Source: Williopsis jadinii (lineage: Eukaryota). Taken from it: DNA of 64,000 nt. The notes under the pieces are model-generated. The model was not told where the DNA came from, searched no databases, and saw only the letters and a program-made list of their open reading frames with translations. Of the stretch, positions 10,864 to 22,001 are shown piece after piece; within the stretch, counting starts at the first letter, position 1, and each line of letters begins with the position of its first letter. Location: contig AP024664.1 in NCBI GenBank assembly GCA_024346625.1, positions 1,302,001-1,366,000 on the forward strand, in the 5' to 3' direction. The position numbers and the translations under genes are program-made.

Positions 10864-13353
10864 TTACATTGGTGGGTAGAAACCCATCGGTTGATGCTGT
10901 AATGGTTGCTGTGGGAATTGCATGTGAAATCCGGTGGTTCCCTCAAGTGACTGTTGAGGAACAAATGAGATGACATTGTTCAAATTACCAGCTTTGTAGT
11001 TATGATCCGTAGCACGGTTGCTATTGTAACCGTATTGTGGAATGTCAAATTCACCAAAGTTTTGGGAAGTGGAACTGAAAGGGAAAGATTGTGATGCTGG
11101 TGAGAACTTGTTCATAGGCATCATGTTGATGTTATTAATATTAGTGAGATCTTGCCCCATATCACAAATGTTGAAGCTGAGAGAATGTGTACTGGAGGTA
11201 CTGGTAGTTGGAGTTTGAGCACGAATCAAATCTTGTTCAGAGAATCCAAGTTCTTTCAACAGCGTAATCTTGTCAAATTTCACTTTGACCATTTCCACAC
11301 GAGGTAAGCCCATTAAACGGGCAAGTTTCCGATACCTGTCACTTCCATCGTCCCATTTCTTGACCAGACTGGTGAGCAACAATGTGATCAACCTACTCTC
11401 TTGAATCTGCTCTTCCAATCCATTATCAGAATGGAATATTATATGGTTCAATAGTCCAATTGATATTGCGTGTAGCTCCAGATCATGATTACTTGCCTCT
11501 GTAATAAATTTAAGCAGGAGATAAAATGCGAAGCTTCCATACAACTGGAATAAATCTTGGAAAATTCCAAACACCTTCAGCTTTAGTATCTTTGCTGCAG
11601 AAGTGTATTCAGGGTTAAAGACACCAGAGTGTTTCAGCTCAGTAGATATCATCAATGAAGTGAATAGCGATGTGAAACATAATTTCATTGCTTTATCCAT
11701 ACAACGGTAACTCAACCCAACGTGCTTGCCGTCAAAATTAACCTTCAAGTTGAGATCTTCATTTGCAACGATATACTGCTGGAGGATTTTCCTTTGAATT
11801 GAAAGACAGAGTAACGAACCATTGATTAGCCTGTAAACGTTATTAGCGTTAATCTGTGAAGTTGGAATACCATCTAAATGGATGTCTGTAAAGTTTGATC
11901 TTGGTAACGGTGCAAACCTTTTCAAGTTCATATAGTCCATAAAAGTTTGGGGTAACTGTTTGTTTGGATTAACAAATTGTAAAATTGATTTGTTGATAAT
12001 GAAGTTTGAGTATAAGAATAGAGAGTCGATTGAAAAGATGGAGCCATATTCAGATACAACGTGATGGTCTTCAACCAATTCAAAGTGTGAATCGATGGAT
12101 GAGAGTGACCTCTCTAACAAAATTGCCATTTGAAAGTCCTGAGTGAAGTCAATCTTGTAATTGTGATCGATTAGTTCAAATATGACTTTGTATCTGGCGT
12201 AGATAGATTCATGCAATGCACCCAAGAATTCTGTATTCATGATTCTTGATAGAAGTTTCGTGTTTAGCAGAGGGTTCTTCAGGTCCAAAGTCGATGAAAT
12301 CTTGAAAATGATGTACTTCACAACATCACCAAAGGGACCTTGATCCAGTTCTAGCAATGAATCAGAAACATCTAGAACATCGGCCAATAGCAGCATCAGT
12401 TCACAAGCTAGGTCACTGTTTAGTGATGTGATCAAGTTTGACAGCAACAAGGATATATCTGTAGTGGAGTTTTCTAATGCAAAGACATCACCTTTCAGTG
12501 ACTTGAGAGACAACAATGCCGAATATATTGGGGACACTTGCTTTGAACATCCCAACAATATCTCATTTGGTAGGTATGGGAAAACCTGTTCAATAACATC
12601 AGCTGACATTTCCAATTCCTTTAAAAGGTGGATCTTGTTAAGTATGGTTATCGGGCCAGGTGCACGTTTAAGATCGTGTACAGTAGTGGTCGGTAACTGT
12701 AAAGTTCTTTCCCATAGCTTGTTGAACACTTCAAACACATCCATATTGGTCGAAGAATTAACAGAGAACATCTTAACAGCATTTTCCAATAGCCTATCAA
12801 TGGTTAGATGGTAAATGAACAACAATGCGAGGACTTTTGTCAATGTATCGCTCTTGTCGTATTTCATCTTAAAAGAGAACGAAATAGTAATGAGCAATGG
12901 ACTTATCAAAGAGAGATTTGATAATAGGTTCGAGTATAAGCTTCCTAAATCTTTCAGGATGTCTAAGATCTTCAAGTACACCTTCAAGATCGTGTCGATG
13001 ATATTCGGAGTCATTTCCGATTTGATCAATTCGTTGATCTTATCATTTGCACAAAGCAACGAGACAACGCGGATAAATTGACGCGTATCTTCACCAATGA
13101 GGCATGACTCGTCGAGAGTTGTAAGCCATGGACCAACTTTTCTTAACAGTGGCAAAACTTCGTCGTCATAATTCTTTGAATCGCTCAGCGCCTTTATCTC
13201 GTTCAGCACCTGTACAAGAGCAGCGTCATCATCACGGGACTCTGGGCTACCAACGAGACAGATAATGCCTCCAAGATCTGTGGATAGCTTTAGAACACCA
13301 GCCTCAGATGAGATATCCATCTGTGACATCTTGTCTTCAAGCGGCATGGTCAT
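10864..13353 (-). CDS. Large Leu-rich helical protein, probable YGL036W/Vir1 (virilizer-like m6A writer subunit) ortholog
   Basis: ~830-codon ORF (first ATG 13353), helical-repeat-like composition, low-complexity N/Q/P C-terminus. Divergent from PNC1, as YGL036W is from YGL037C. The identity rests on synteny only. Confidence 0.55.
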   Translation of the reverse strand: MTMPLEDKMSQMDISSEAGVLKLSTDLGGIICLVGSPESRDDDAALVQVLNEIKALSDSKNYDDEVLPLLRKVGPWLTTLDESCLIGEDTRQFIRVVSLLCANDKINELIKSEMTPNIIDTILKVYLKILDILKDLGSLYSNLLSNLSLISPLLITISFSFKMKYDKSDTLTKVLALLFIYHLTIDRLLENAVKMFSVNSSTNMDVFEVFNKLWERTLQLPTTTVHDLKRAPGPITILNKIHLLKELEMSADVIEQVFPYLPNEILLGCSKQVSPIYSALLSLKSLKGDVFALENSTTDISLLLSNLITSLNSDLACELMLLLADVLDVSDSLLELDQGPFGDVVKYIIFKISSTLDLKNPLLNTKLLSRIMNTEFLGALHESIYARYKVIFELIDHNYKIDFTQDFQMAILLERSLSSIDSHFELVEDHHVVSEYGSIFSIDSLFLYSNFIINKSILQFVNPNKQLPQTFMDYMNLKRFAPLPRSNFTDIHLDGIPTSQINANNVYRLINGSLLCLSIQRKILQQYIVANEDLNLKVNFDGKHVGLSYRCMDKAMKLCFTSLFTSLMISTELKHSGVFNPEYTSAAKILKLKVFGIFQDLFQLYGSFAFYLLLKFITEASNHDLELHAISIGLLNHIIFHSDNGLEEQIQESRLITLLLTSLVKKWDDGSDRYRKLARLMGLPRVEMVKVKFDKITLLKELGFSEQDLIRAQTPTTSTSSTHSLSFNICDMGQDLTNINNINMMPMNKFSPASQSFPFSSTSQNFGEFDIPQYGYNSNRATDHNYKAGNLNNVISFVPQQSLEGTTGFHMQFPQQPLQHQPMGFYPPM

Positions 13354-14403
13354 CCCAAATATTCTTCTCACTAGTGGCGTGGCCTCTCTTGCTTATGCGT
13401 ATCTTTGGTCAACACTGAATAAGCCTTGATCTGTTAACAATGGGGAAGGGAAAATTTCGAAATACAAGCAGTCAACGTGTGCAGCCAATAACGATACGCT
13501 TGATATTGATACCAATCGCTCTGTTCGATTTTATCAATTAATATAATATCAACTGGATCAATTCTTGAAATACAATTCGTCAAAAACCAATAGCTCCAGG
13601 TGTAATTTACCGATCAAAGGGAACTTCAAAGAGCAAAAAGAGAAGCTTTTTTTTCTTAATGGCTTTTTTTGGTTGTAAATTGTCGCCCTTTCAGCAAGAG
13701 CTACAACTGTTGCCCAAAAAGGTGCCCTTTTGACGACTTTTGCGCCAAATGCGAAACTGCTGTCAGGGCACGAAAAGACACAGCGAAATGACGGCAAAAC
13801 TGATTTGTGACAGGAAATTTGTCCGATATGGGCAATTCAAGCCCTTCCCACAGGGAATATTTTACGAAATATACAACGATATTTGAGAAGCTCCTTATCT
13901 CGCTCGTATTGTCTACCATTCAGTCAAGAAGGGACCAGACGTTCATCTCATCATGAGCCAGTGATAGATCATCCGCTCACCACGCGTCGTTCACGCAGCA
14001 CGAAGGCGTGTGTCGTTACCACTTTGCTGTGATATTCGACCTTCGGACTCGATTTCCGGATTGATCACTGAATTATAGCAACTGTGATTTAATGTATTAC
14101 AATTATCACACCGTATTGGGATGTGAAAACAACATGAAGCACGAATCCTCAAGATTCGAGTGCTTCTCTACAATGGTTTACAAGGCACTTCTTGAATCAT
14201 TATTTTTCCCCTTTATAAAGTTCCTAGAACTTAACCTTCATCTCTTATATTTCTGAATTATATTGTTATTAAGATTATTATTATTGTCATTATCATATCA
14301 AGTATTCTACTAACCACACCGTGCGAAAGGAACACTACGCACCCTACTATTAGTGAAAGATATATTGTAACATCGATATAACTGGAAACATTAAGCTGAA
14401 CCC

Positions 14404-14585
14404 CGAAGAGCACAATTGTCTCTGGCCAACCGCACCTTCCGCTGTGCCTCGTGCAACCTGTTTGTCCCATCTCAGTAAGACACACACACACGGAGTGCGT
14501 TCATGCTCCTCTAAAGAAATCACTACCTTTTTGCTGTCTCCTGGACTTTCTAAGGGGCCCAAAATGGCACATTTTCATGAACGGT
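14404..14585 (+). mobile_element. Short 3' fragment of a Fanzor/TnpB-like element (zinc-ribbon remnant, RuvC-III remnant, right end)
   Basis: 14416-14466 translates LSLANRTFRCASCNLFV (CxxC). 14492-14530 is 38/39 identical to 29547-29585. Both copies end at CATGA(A/G)CGGT. Confidence 0.75.
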
Positions 14586-14851
14586 GAATAACCAGGAGAA
14601 TAGCCCAAAGAATCATGTAACCGTTGGTACACATTAGCAATTCTTTCTGCTCGCATACACCGTACCTAATGCGTATTGGTGTATGGATGTTTTATGCTAT
14701 ATTGTGTTTAACATATGTGAGCACAAACTATAATTACGCCCCCGGTATTAATCACCTCATTATTACGGTTATAAAGGTACAGCAACCCCTTTATTCAACC
14801 CTAACCTCGTCCTGTTCATAGCACAAGCAATCAAACAGTTAAACCACTCAA

Positions 14852-15538
14852 ATGTCGTTCAAACCTGCTCTCTTGGTCATCGATATCCAACACGACTTCC
14901 TCCCAGGTGGCTCTTTAGCAGTCGTTAACGGTGACGATATCATCCCTGGAGTGCTAGAGCTGTTGGATTTCAACAAGTACAACTGGAAATCCGTTGTGTT
15001 TAGCCAAGATTGGCACCCACGGGATCACACCTCTTTTGCTTCGAACCACGCAAACGTTAAACCATTTGAAAAGGTGTCATTCACATCGACAAAGGACCCC
15101 AAGGTTACCTCTGATGAGACGGTTTGGCCAGACCACTGTGTCCAGCATTCACACGGGGCAAACTTCCCTGATGAGTTGATCGCTGCTTATAAGCAAATAC
15201 CGGTGGAGAAGACCATCATCCAAAAGGGTCACCTCCAAGACCGTGATTACTATAGTGCGTTTAACGACATCTGGGACGATGATCATACAGAGCTGGGCCC
15301 CTTTTTGAAATCGCAAGGAATCACACATGTCTTCGTCGTGGGACTTGCATACGATTACTGTGTAAAGTTTACCTCTGCGTCGAGCGCCAAGTTGGGATTT
15401 AAGACTTATGTGATCAAACCTTTAGCAAAGGCTATTGAGCTGGACAAACTTGATCAGACAGACGCGTACTACAGAGATCACGGTGTGACCATCATTGAGT
15501 CTTTAGACGACGATATTTTAAAGGCAGTGAAGAAGTGA
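14852..15538 (+). CDS. PNC1: Nicotinamidase
   Basis: ALLVIDIQHDFLPGGSLAV, QDWHP..HTSFASNH, WPDHCVQ, YYSAF, VGLAYDYCV. Confidence 0.96.
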   Translation: MSFKPALLVIDIQHDFLPGGSLAVVNGDDIIPGVLELLDFNKYNWKSVVFSQDWHPRDHTSFASNHANVKPFEKVSFTSTKDPKVTSDETVWPDHCVQHSHGANFPDELIAAYKQIPVEKTIIQKGHLQDRDYYSAFNDIWDDDHTELGPFLKSQGITHVFVVGLAYDYCVKFTSASSAKLGFKTYVIKPLAKAIELDKLDQTDAYYRDHGVTIIESLDDDILKAVKK

Positions 15539-15840
15539 ATCCCATAGCACAACGTCGAATATAACTAGGAAAACATGGATTAAGGGAAACGGTATAGTAT
15601 TATACGGAATATATAATAAGCTTGTTATAAAGTATGAAACGGTAAACTGTAATGGCCACTTCTTGTCCGGACTAGCAAGACTTTTTGGTCCACGTACGGT
15701 CTAAAGCCGATCCCCGTGTTTTGAGAAGCTTGCTCCGAGGAATATCGAAACCCGCCTATATAACAGTGGAAAGACCCTCTTGAAACAGCAAAAGATCTCA
15801 ATTGGATAAGATTGATTCAAGTTATCAAACAATTTAAACA

Positions 15841-16931
15841 ATGTCACAAGCAGTGAGTTAATGGTACAGACGGGATGTTTATAACGATGTCAATTCACTA
15901 ACTGTATTCCACTTTTATAGGCTAAACAAGGAATTAAAATCCTGGAATTTGCAGGTAAAGACGGGGCCTATAAGAGAAGGGCATCCACATTCAGAAGCGC
16001 TGTTTCTTCTAAACCGGGATCTCAATTCACGGCAGAAGCTGGAAGATACCATGTGTACATCAGTCTTGCCTGTCCATGGGCTCACCGTGTATTGATTTAC
16101 CTGCAGACAAAGGGTCTCATCAAGAATTTCAACCCTGTTGATTCTACCGTTTCAAAGGACTCAATTATCGGCCTTAGCGTTGTCCATTGGCACATGGACT
16201 CTAAAGGTTGGAGATTCCCAAGCAGTGACGATAAGTGTGATGCTGCTACTGAGGAACCACTGTACGGGTTCAAGAGAATCTCTGAGCTGTACTTCAAAGC
16301 GGACCCAAACTATGAGGGGAGATTCACGGTCCCTGTATTCTGGGATAAGAAGACGCAAACCATAGTTAACAACGAGAGTTCTGAAATCATCAGATTCTTG
16401 AATGCTGAGTTTAATGATCTTATCGAGGATCCAAGCCAGAAGGCACTTAACTATTTACCAAATGACCTGATTCCAAAGATTGATGAATTGAATGAGCTCA
16501 TTTATGAGAATATCAACAATGCTGTTTACAAATCCGGTTTCGCTTCAAAGCAAGAAGTTTACGAGACTGAAGTGAAGAACCTATTCGAGCATTTGGATAA
16601 AGTGGAGGCCATTCTCAAGAAGAACAATTCAAACGGAATCAAATACCTCTTGAACAATGAATTGACCGAAGCTGATGTGAGATTATTCACAACCATCATC
16701 AGATTTGATCCAGTCTACGTTCAACATTTCAAATGTAACATTGGTATGATCCGTTTTGACTATCCACATCTACACAAATGGGTGAGGGAGATTTATTGGA
16801 ATGAGCCATTGATTAAAGACACTTGTAACTTTGACCATATCAAATTCCACTACACGAAATCTCACGTTGCTATTAATCCACATGGCATAACACCATTGGG
16901 CCCTGTTCCAAACATCTTGCCTTTGGAGTAA
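15841..16931 (+). CDS. Omega-class glutathione transferase / glutathionyl-hydroquinone reductase (Gto/Ecm4 family); intron 15853-15920
   Basis: Exon 1 MSQA, intron GTGAGT...CACTAAC...TAG, exon 2 in frame; motifs YISLACPWAHR, FTVPVFWDKK, IVNNESSEIIR, IRFDPVYVQHFKCN. Confidence 0.93.
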
Positions 16932-17957
16932 TCCGTGGTGGGCACTGAACAGTTTTCTCTGATCTCTTTCTTCTTCTCTTCTCCTCCCACTTTGCTGTAT
17001 TTCGTCTTTATGTATTGACAACTTGAATAATCTTTATGACATGTTCGTTATTGCAAGGCCTTGTGGTAGTGCTTCAAGCCGATTCCAACTCTGTAGAGTA
17101 CACCGTGATACTAATACCCGAGTGATCTGATTACAACAGGGAGACTCATCCACATTAGTAGGCAGCTGTGCAGTTGTTGATATCACCATGCAAATGCTCT
17201 ACAAGAAGGAAAGGCATATTTGTGCAGGTTCTTTTGATTGATTAATCATCAAGGTCTATTTCAAAGTCCTACTATCATACACTGAAGCAACACCAGGCTT
17301 CAAAACTCTTTGCATGTTGAGGTTTCCCGTTGATTTGTAATTTTGAGCTGAATTATAAAGCCGCTAATTGCGCAAAACCCCGACGATGACAAATGCTGCC
17401 GGTGCTATACCAAAAAGCCACACCTCAAGCATTTACTTATTAATACGGGGTATGGTGGCATATATGTAATATGCAACGGTGTGTTATGCCATGCTTCAAT
17501 GGATAGAGGAGGTTACTGGCTGGTACTATCGATCAATTGGTGTCACCAGGTCTATTCTTAACCGAGAAGCGAAGCATACACCTAGGAGGTCTTATTATAA
17601 GACATAGCATTGAGCTTAGTCCATGGCACCTCGCAATGCGTTGTGGCAATACGAAATATCCATGAACTACTCAAAGATTTCCAACTAAGCCTGTAAAAAT
17701 AGGGGCCAATTATTAAAGCCTTACAGCCTCAGTACATTTTGGGACATACAAACTACAGTTATTGCTCAAAGTTTCAATTGCACAGTCGTACGTGATAATT
17801 ACATAAGATCTGGGTGGAATCTTACACGGGATGGAGCCGTTGTGTATAAAAGAGGAGTCCTCGGCACTCAAGCTCAGTTCCTTTCGCCATCCACATCTAT
17901 CGTTTAACACATATACAACTCAATTGAGGTGCCAAATATACACACACAGCTTACACT

Positions 17958-18839
17958 ATGTCCCATACAGTCGCAGTTTACGGTCTTAACGGTCTTCTCG
18001 GAATTCACGTCATCAACGCTCTTCTCTCTGAGCCCTTTGTTTCAAAGATCAAGACACCAATCAGGCTCATCACTCACTCTGCCAAACGCATTGTTGAGTC
18101 TGACAAGGTTGAATACGTTGATGTCAATCAAGTTGGATTGAAGAAGGCATTCGAAGGTGTGGATGCCGTTGTCAACTTGGCCAACTTCCCTCACGGTGCT
18201 AATCAGGACGTTATCGATGCCGTTGTTCAAGATAACGTGAAACTATACATTCCATCCCAGTTCGGTACTGATATCGTTGCAGCACAAAAGACATTCCCTG
18301 GCTTCTTACAACCGAAGGTTGATCATTCCAACGCTGCAAGAGCTGCTGGTGTCAAGACTGTTGATATCATCACATCCCTCTTCGTCGCACCAGATCAACT
18401 GTTTATGGGTCACCCACTGTCGATCTTGAACTTTGACAGTGAGAAGAACGAAGTTGAGATTGTGGGGGATGAGAACACGCCAATTAACCCATCCTTCTTA
18501 AACGACATCGGTAAAGTTGTCGCTGCTCTTGTCACCAAAGATGACTACTCATCCATCCCTGATACCGTTAGAGTATACTCTGGAAAGGTCACCTTGGGAG
18601 ATTTAGTTGAACATTACAACAAGACACACAATACATCTTTGAACAAGAAATACGTCAAGCCAGAGGCTGTCATTGAACAAGCGAAGAACACGCCATTCTC
18701 ATTCGAACACTTTGTTCTCTACTTGAGAGCCATTCTAGCTGGTGGAGAAGGTAACGGTAACATCTTTGAAACCGAGAATGACAGAGAGTTTGTCAACCCA
18801 GATGAATCTCTCTTCAAATGGACAAAGTATACCATCTAA
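17958..18839 (+). CDS. NmrA/isoflavone-reductase-like NAD(P)-binding oxidoreductase (Candida Cip1-like)
   Basis: Rossmann VAVYGLNGLLG, VKLYIPSQFGTD, DIGKVVA. Confidence 0.85.
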   Translation: MSHTVAVYGLNGLLGIHVINALLSEPFVSKIKTPIRLITHSAKRIVESDKVEYVDVNQVGLKKAFEGVDAVVNLANFPHGANQDVIDAVVQDNVKLYIPSQFGTDIVAAQKTFPGFLQPKVDHSNAARAAGVKTVDIITSLFVAPDQLFMGHPLSILNFDSEKNEVEIVGDENTPINPSFLNDIGKVVAALVTKDDYSSIPDTVRVYSGKVTLGDLVEHYNKTHNTSLNKKYVKPEAVIEQAKNTPFSFEHFVLYLRAILAGGEGNGNIFETENDREFVNPDESLFKWTKYTI

Positions 18840-18946
18840 GGATAACCGATGTGCAGTGCAATAGGGGTTCTCTGTTTATATACAATTTACAAGCTTTCTG
18901 ATATGTGTAAAATTTCTTGTATTTCCAGTTATAGACAACATAGTAC

Positions 18947-21523
18947 TTATTCGTTGTTTAGTTCATCCAACATCTGCTTTGATTTCATGACTCTTGTAGA
19001 GATATTCGCCAATGTCTTGAGTTTAACGACAACTTCAGGTGCAATTTCAATACCAGTTGCAGAAGAAACGAGGTCACTGAGCTCACGAGAGTCAAAAACC
19101 TTGAAGTCTAATACTGTGTCAACAGATTCAAGTGGGTAAACTTTACGAATGAGGTTGAACAATTTTGCACTCAGTTGCTCATTGATAGGGAAGTTTGGAA
19201 TAACCACTTCAAATGGTTCAGAGATAGACAAAACCTTGTGAGATCCCTTGGAGTGATATCTTAATTCATAGATACCCTTATCAAACTGTAGTAATTCGCC
19301 TTTAAACTCCACTACTCCAGTAACCAGGTTACCTTGACTTGGGTGTTCTTCTTCAATAATCCCAGTAGGTCTTTGATATGCATGTGAATTCACAGCAATC
19401 CATCTTCCTGAGCTCGAAATCTTTGTGATCTTACGAGAAGACCCAGTACTCATGACTTGGTACAAGCCAATCCAGTCCTTTGGATGATGTCCTTTTGGAG
19501 CTGTCCATTTAACGCGGATTGGCTGGCCAATTTCCACAGTTTTGTCCTCATCCAAATTCATCAACGAAAGAGTATAGCCCTCTGAGTGAGAGACTGATTC
19601 CCCATAGATATGTTTTCTAAATTCTTTTTGATGAGCAACATCAGATTGAGTACGTCTCTTAATATATGTGTGCATACGCGTAGCTGTATTAGCATAGAAT
19701 GAGCCAATTGTATTATTCAATTTGGCAGGAAGGAACTGCTGCAAAGTCAATGACACACCAGAGACATTCTTCAAAACTTGCTGCTCTCCATAAACCTTGA
19801 GCATATGTGGTTTCTCAACAAACTCCAAATGGAGAGACGTATGAATGGTCCAAACCATAGCCAATACAAAGACATAAGGTGAGTAAGTAATCAATACTGC
19901 ACCCCAGATTCCAGCCACACCGAGCAGTCTTTCTGGATCGTTCAAGTATCTGTAGATTCCTGACTTTGTCAATGTTTTACTTGATAGGTTTGGCAGGAAG
20001 AAATCACCATAAAACCAGCCGAAATCGCCAATCGAAGAATAGATAGAGGTACTAGTCCAAATTTGTAGTGCAATGAGGAGACCTCCCAGTATAACCCTCA
20101 AGAGCAACCAATTTCCAGTGAGGTATTGTCCATCCATAATCTCACGAACAACAAGTGCAGTCAATGAAGTGTAAGAAAGGACAAGAAGAACGTTATACAA
20201 CACTTGCCAGTTGGAATAAGCCGTTATGTTATCCATACCATATTTGAGATACAGCTTTGTCCACCATTTGTCACTGCTTTGTCTTTGTAAGACAATAGAA
20301 GTTGCAACAGCTTGCACAACTTTAATGGCTAATGCGGCAGCAAATATGACATTTGTCCAAGTAGAATCAGTAAAGTCTTTTGCAAATGGTGCCAAGGAGG
20401 TACCAGCAGCCAAGATAACGGTCAAATAATCAGTGATTCTAATTGGGTTGAAGTTGTTAATAATGGTGAGTGGTTTCAAATAGTGTTCGTTATTCTCCAA
20501 AGCTTCGACAACGTGTTCATGGTCTTCCGATCCATAAGTTTTCACGATGTGAGGTTCCTCAACGTAGTTCAGGAAGAGAAACTGGAGAGTATGAGCAATC
20601 AAAGAGACTATCAAGACGAGATATGACTTGGTAATCAAGGCAAACCCATAATATCCCAGGTAACCAATGGAATACATTGGGTGTGGTGACAGGTTGAAGA
20701 CACCATCAAAGATAAGTTCACTCTCCTGCAAGAAGAAGAAATCACCCCAGTACCAGGCATAATCCTTAACAACCCTGTGAGCATCAATCTTGACCCACAA
20801 GTTGAACAACACCATCAAAGATCCCAAGATGATTCTTGTATAGTTCAAAAATGGGGACTGAGAGAGCATGCTGTCCTGTCCGCACGTGTACACCAAGAAC
20901 ATGTAAGAGGTGAAATCCTGCATCAAGATCAGATCGACCAACTGTCTAAAGATGATCCAAGTGTTGAACTCGATCGGGAAACTTGAAGGTTCATAAGACT
21001 TGCCCATTTTTGACTTGATTTCCAGAGTCACCATTTTCTGTAAAAGAGTCTTATTCTCCTTTTGGAAGAGACCATATCTCTTTGCCAAGTTCACCAGTGC
21101 ATTTTGGTTCGATTGAACGTAAAGCAGAACACCGATACCCAAGTTATAGGACAATCTCCAGAATGCATAGAGTGAACAGAACCCATAGACTCTCCACTCC
21201 TGCGACCCCAACACTTTGTAGACGACAAAATTCAACAGCAGCGAGAAGAAGATCAACACCTCACAATAGCTCTTGCGTAGAGTCGGGTCGAAAAGCGATC
21301 TAACCATGTCGTGGGTCTCTGGCACTTCGAAGTACGTACCGTCTCCAGTCCGGCCCATTGTGCGTTTGCCCGCTGCATTGGCGGGTTTAGCGCTTACATC
21401 AACAGCGCCATGGATGGAATCCTCCATGTCGCTGTTCTCAGAGGCTGACGAGACCGGCTCCTCTGTGGTCGTTGTGTTGAGCAGTGAGCTCTTGGAAGCA
21501 GTGGCTGTTGAAGACTGTGCCAT
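18947..21523 (-). CDS. CHO2: Phosphatidylethanolamine N-methyltransferase
   Basis: VPETHDMVRSLFDP, DAHRVVKDYAWYWGDFFF, PHPMYSIGY, GDFGWFYGDFF, GIYRYLNDPE; synteny with MTR3/NSR1. Confidence 0.97.
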   Translation of the reverse strand: MAQSSTATASKSSLLNTTTTEEPVSSASENSDMEDSIHGAVDVSAKPANAAGKRTMGRTGDGTYFEVPETHDMVRSLFDPTLRKSYCEVLIFFSLLLNFVVYKVLGSQEWRVYGFCSLYAFWRLSYNLGIGVLLYVQSNQNALVNLAKRYGLFQKENKTLLQKMVTLEIKSKMGKSYEPSSFPIEFNTWIIFRQLVDLILMQDFTSYMFLVYTCGQDSMLSQSPFLNYTRIILGSLMVLFNLWVKIDAHRVVKDYAWYWGDFFFLQESELIFDGVFNLSPHPMYSIGYLGYYGFALITKSYLVLIVSLIAHTLQFLFLNYVEEPHIVKTYGSEDHEHVVEALENNEHYLKPLTIINNFNPIRITDYLTVILAAGTSLAPFAKDFTDSTWTNVIFAAALAIKVVQAVATSIVLQRQSSDKWWTKLYLKYGMDNITAYSNWQVLYNVLLVLSYTSLTALVVREIMDGQYLTGNWLLLRVILGGLLIALQIWTSTSIYSSIGDFGWFYGDFFLPNLSSKTLTKSGIYRYLNDPERLLGVAGIWGAVLITYSPYVFVLAMVWTIHTSLHLEFVEKPHMLKVYGEQQVLKNVSGVSLTLQQFLPAKLNNTIGSFYANTATRMHTYIKRRTQSDVAHQKEFRKHIYGESVSHSEGYTLSLMNLDEDKTVEIGQPIRVKWTAPKGHHPKDWIGLYQVMSTGSSRKITKISSSGRWIAVNSHAYQRPTGIIEEEHPSQGNLVTGVVEFKGELLQFDKGIYELRYHSKGSHKVLSISEPFEVVIPNFPINEQLSAKLFNLIRKVYPLESVDTVLDFKVFDSRELSDLVSSATGIEIAPEVVVKLKTLANISTRVMKSKQMLDELNNE

Positions 21524-21887
21524 TTCGCACCGTATAACCAGAATCTCAACCTGAGCGCTTCAATGATAACGCAAACTGTGTAAAAGCCTTCCCTGTTACT
21601 GACACTGTTGAAGTATGTGGAAGAGGTAGGCAAAGCGGTTTAATCACCCTGGTATTCGTGTGAGCTAAGGACGAAGAACTCGTGTGACGGGAGAACTGTG
21701 AAATTTTTCGCCTCGGACTCTTTTTCTGTTTCTTTTCCCCTGTGATAGCGTCCAGTGCTACTTGAGAGCCTTCAAGACGCATGTGATTTGATGACACTTT
21801 TTGGGGGTGATCAAACGGCCGGCGCCCATAGAAAATGTGGGAACTGTGGAGCGCTTCCCGCGAGTGTGGGCGGCAAAAGCTGTGCCA

Positions 21888-21897
21888 TCTTCACATG
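21888..21897. promoter_or_regulatory. ICRE/UAS-INO (Ino2/Ino4 site) upstream of CHO2
   Basis: TCTTCACATG matches WYTTCAYRTG, ~370 bp upstream of the CHO2 ATG; a second CATGTGA core at 21780-21786. Confidence 0.65.
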
Positions 21898-21960
21898 CGG
21901 ATCGAAAGCGCACGCGCGAATGTGTGCGATACCGGCAATCGGGATCCCTCTGATGGTGAG

Positions 21961-22001
21961 GTTTCCCCGTTTGGGATGGTGATGTTTCCCCGTTTGGGAT
22001 G
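21961..22001. repeat. 18-bp direct repeat GTTTCCCCGTTTGGGATG x2 (23-bp period)
   Basis: Copies at 21961-21978 and 21984-22001. Confidence 0.85.
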
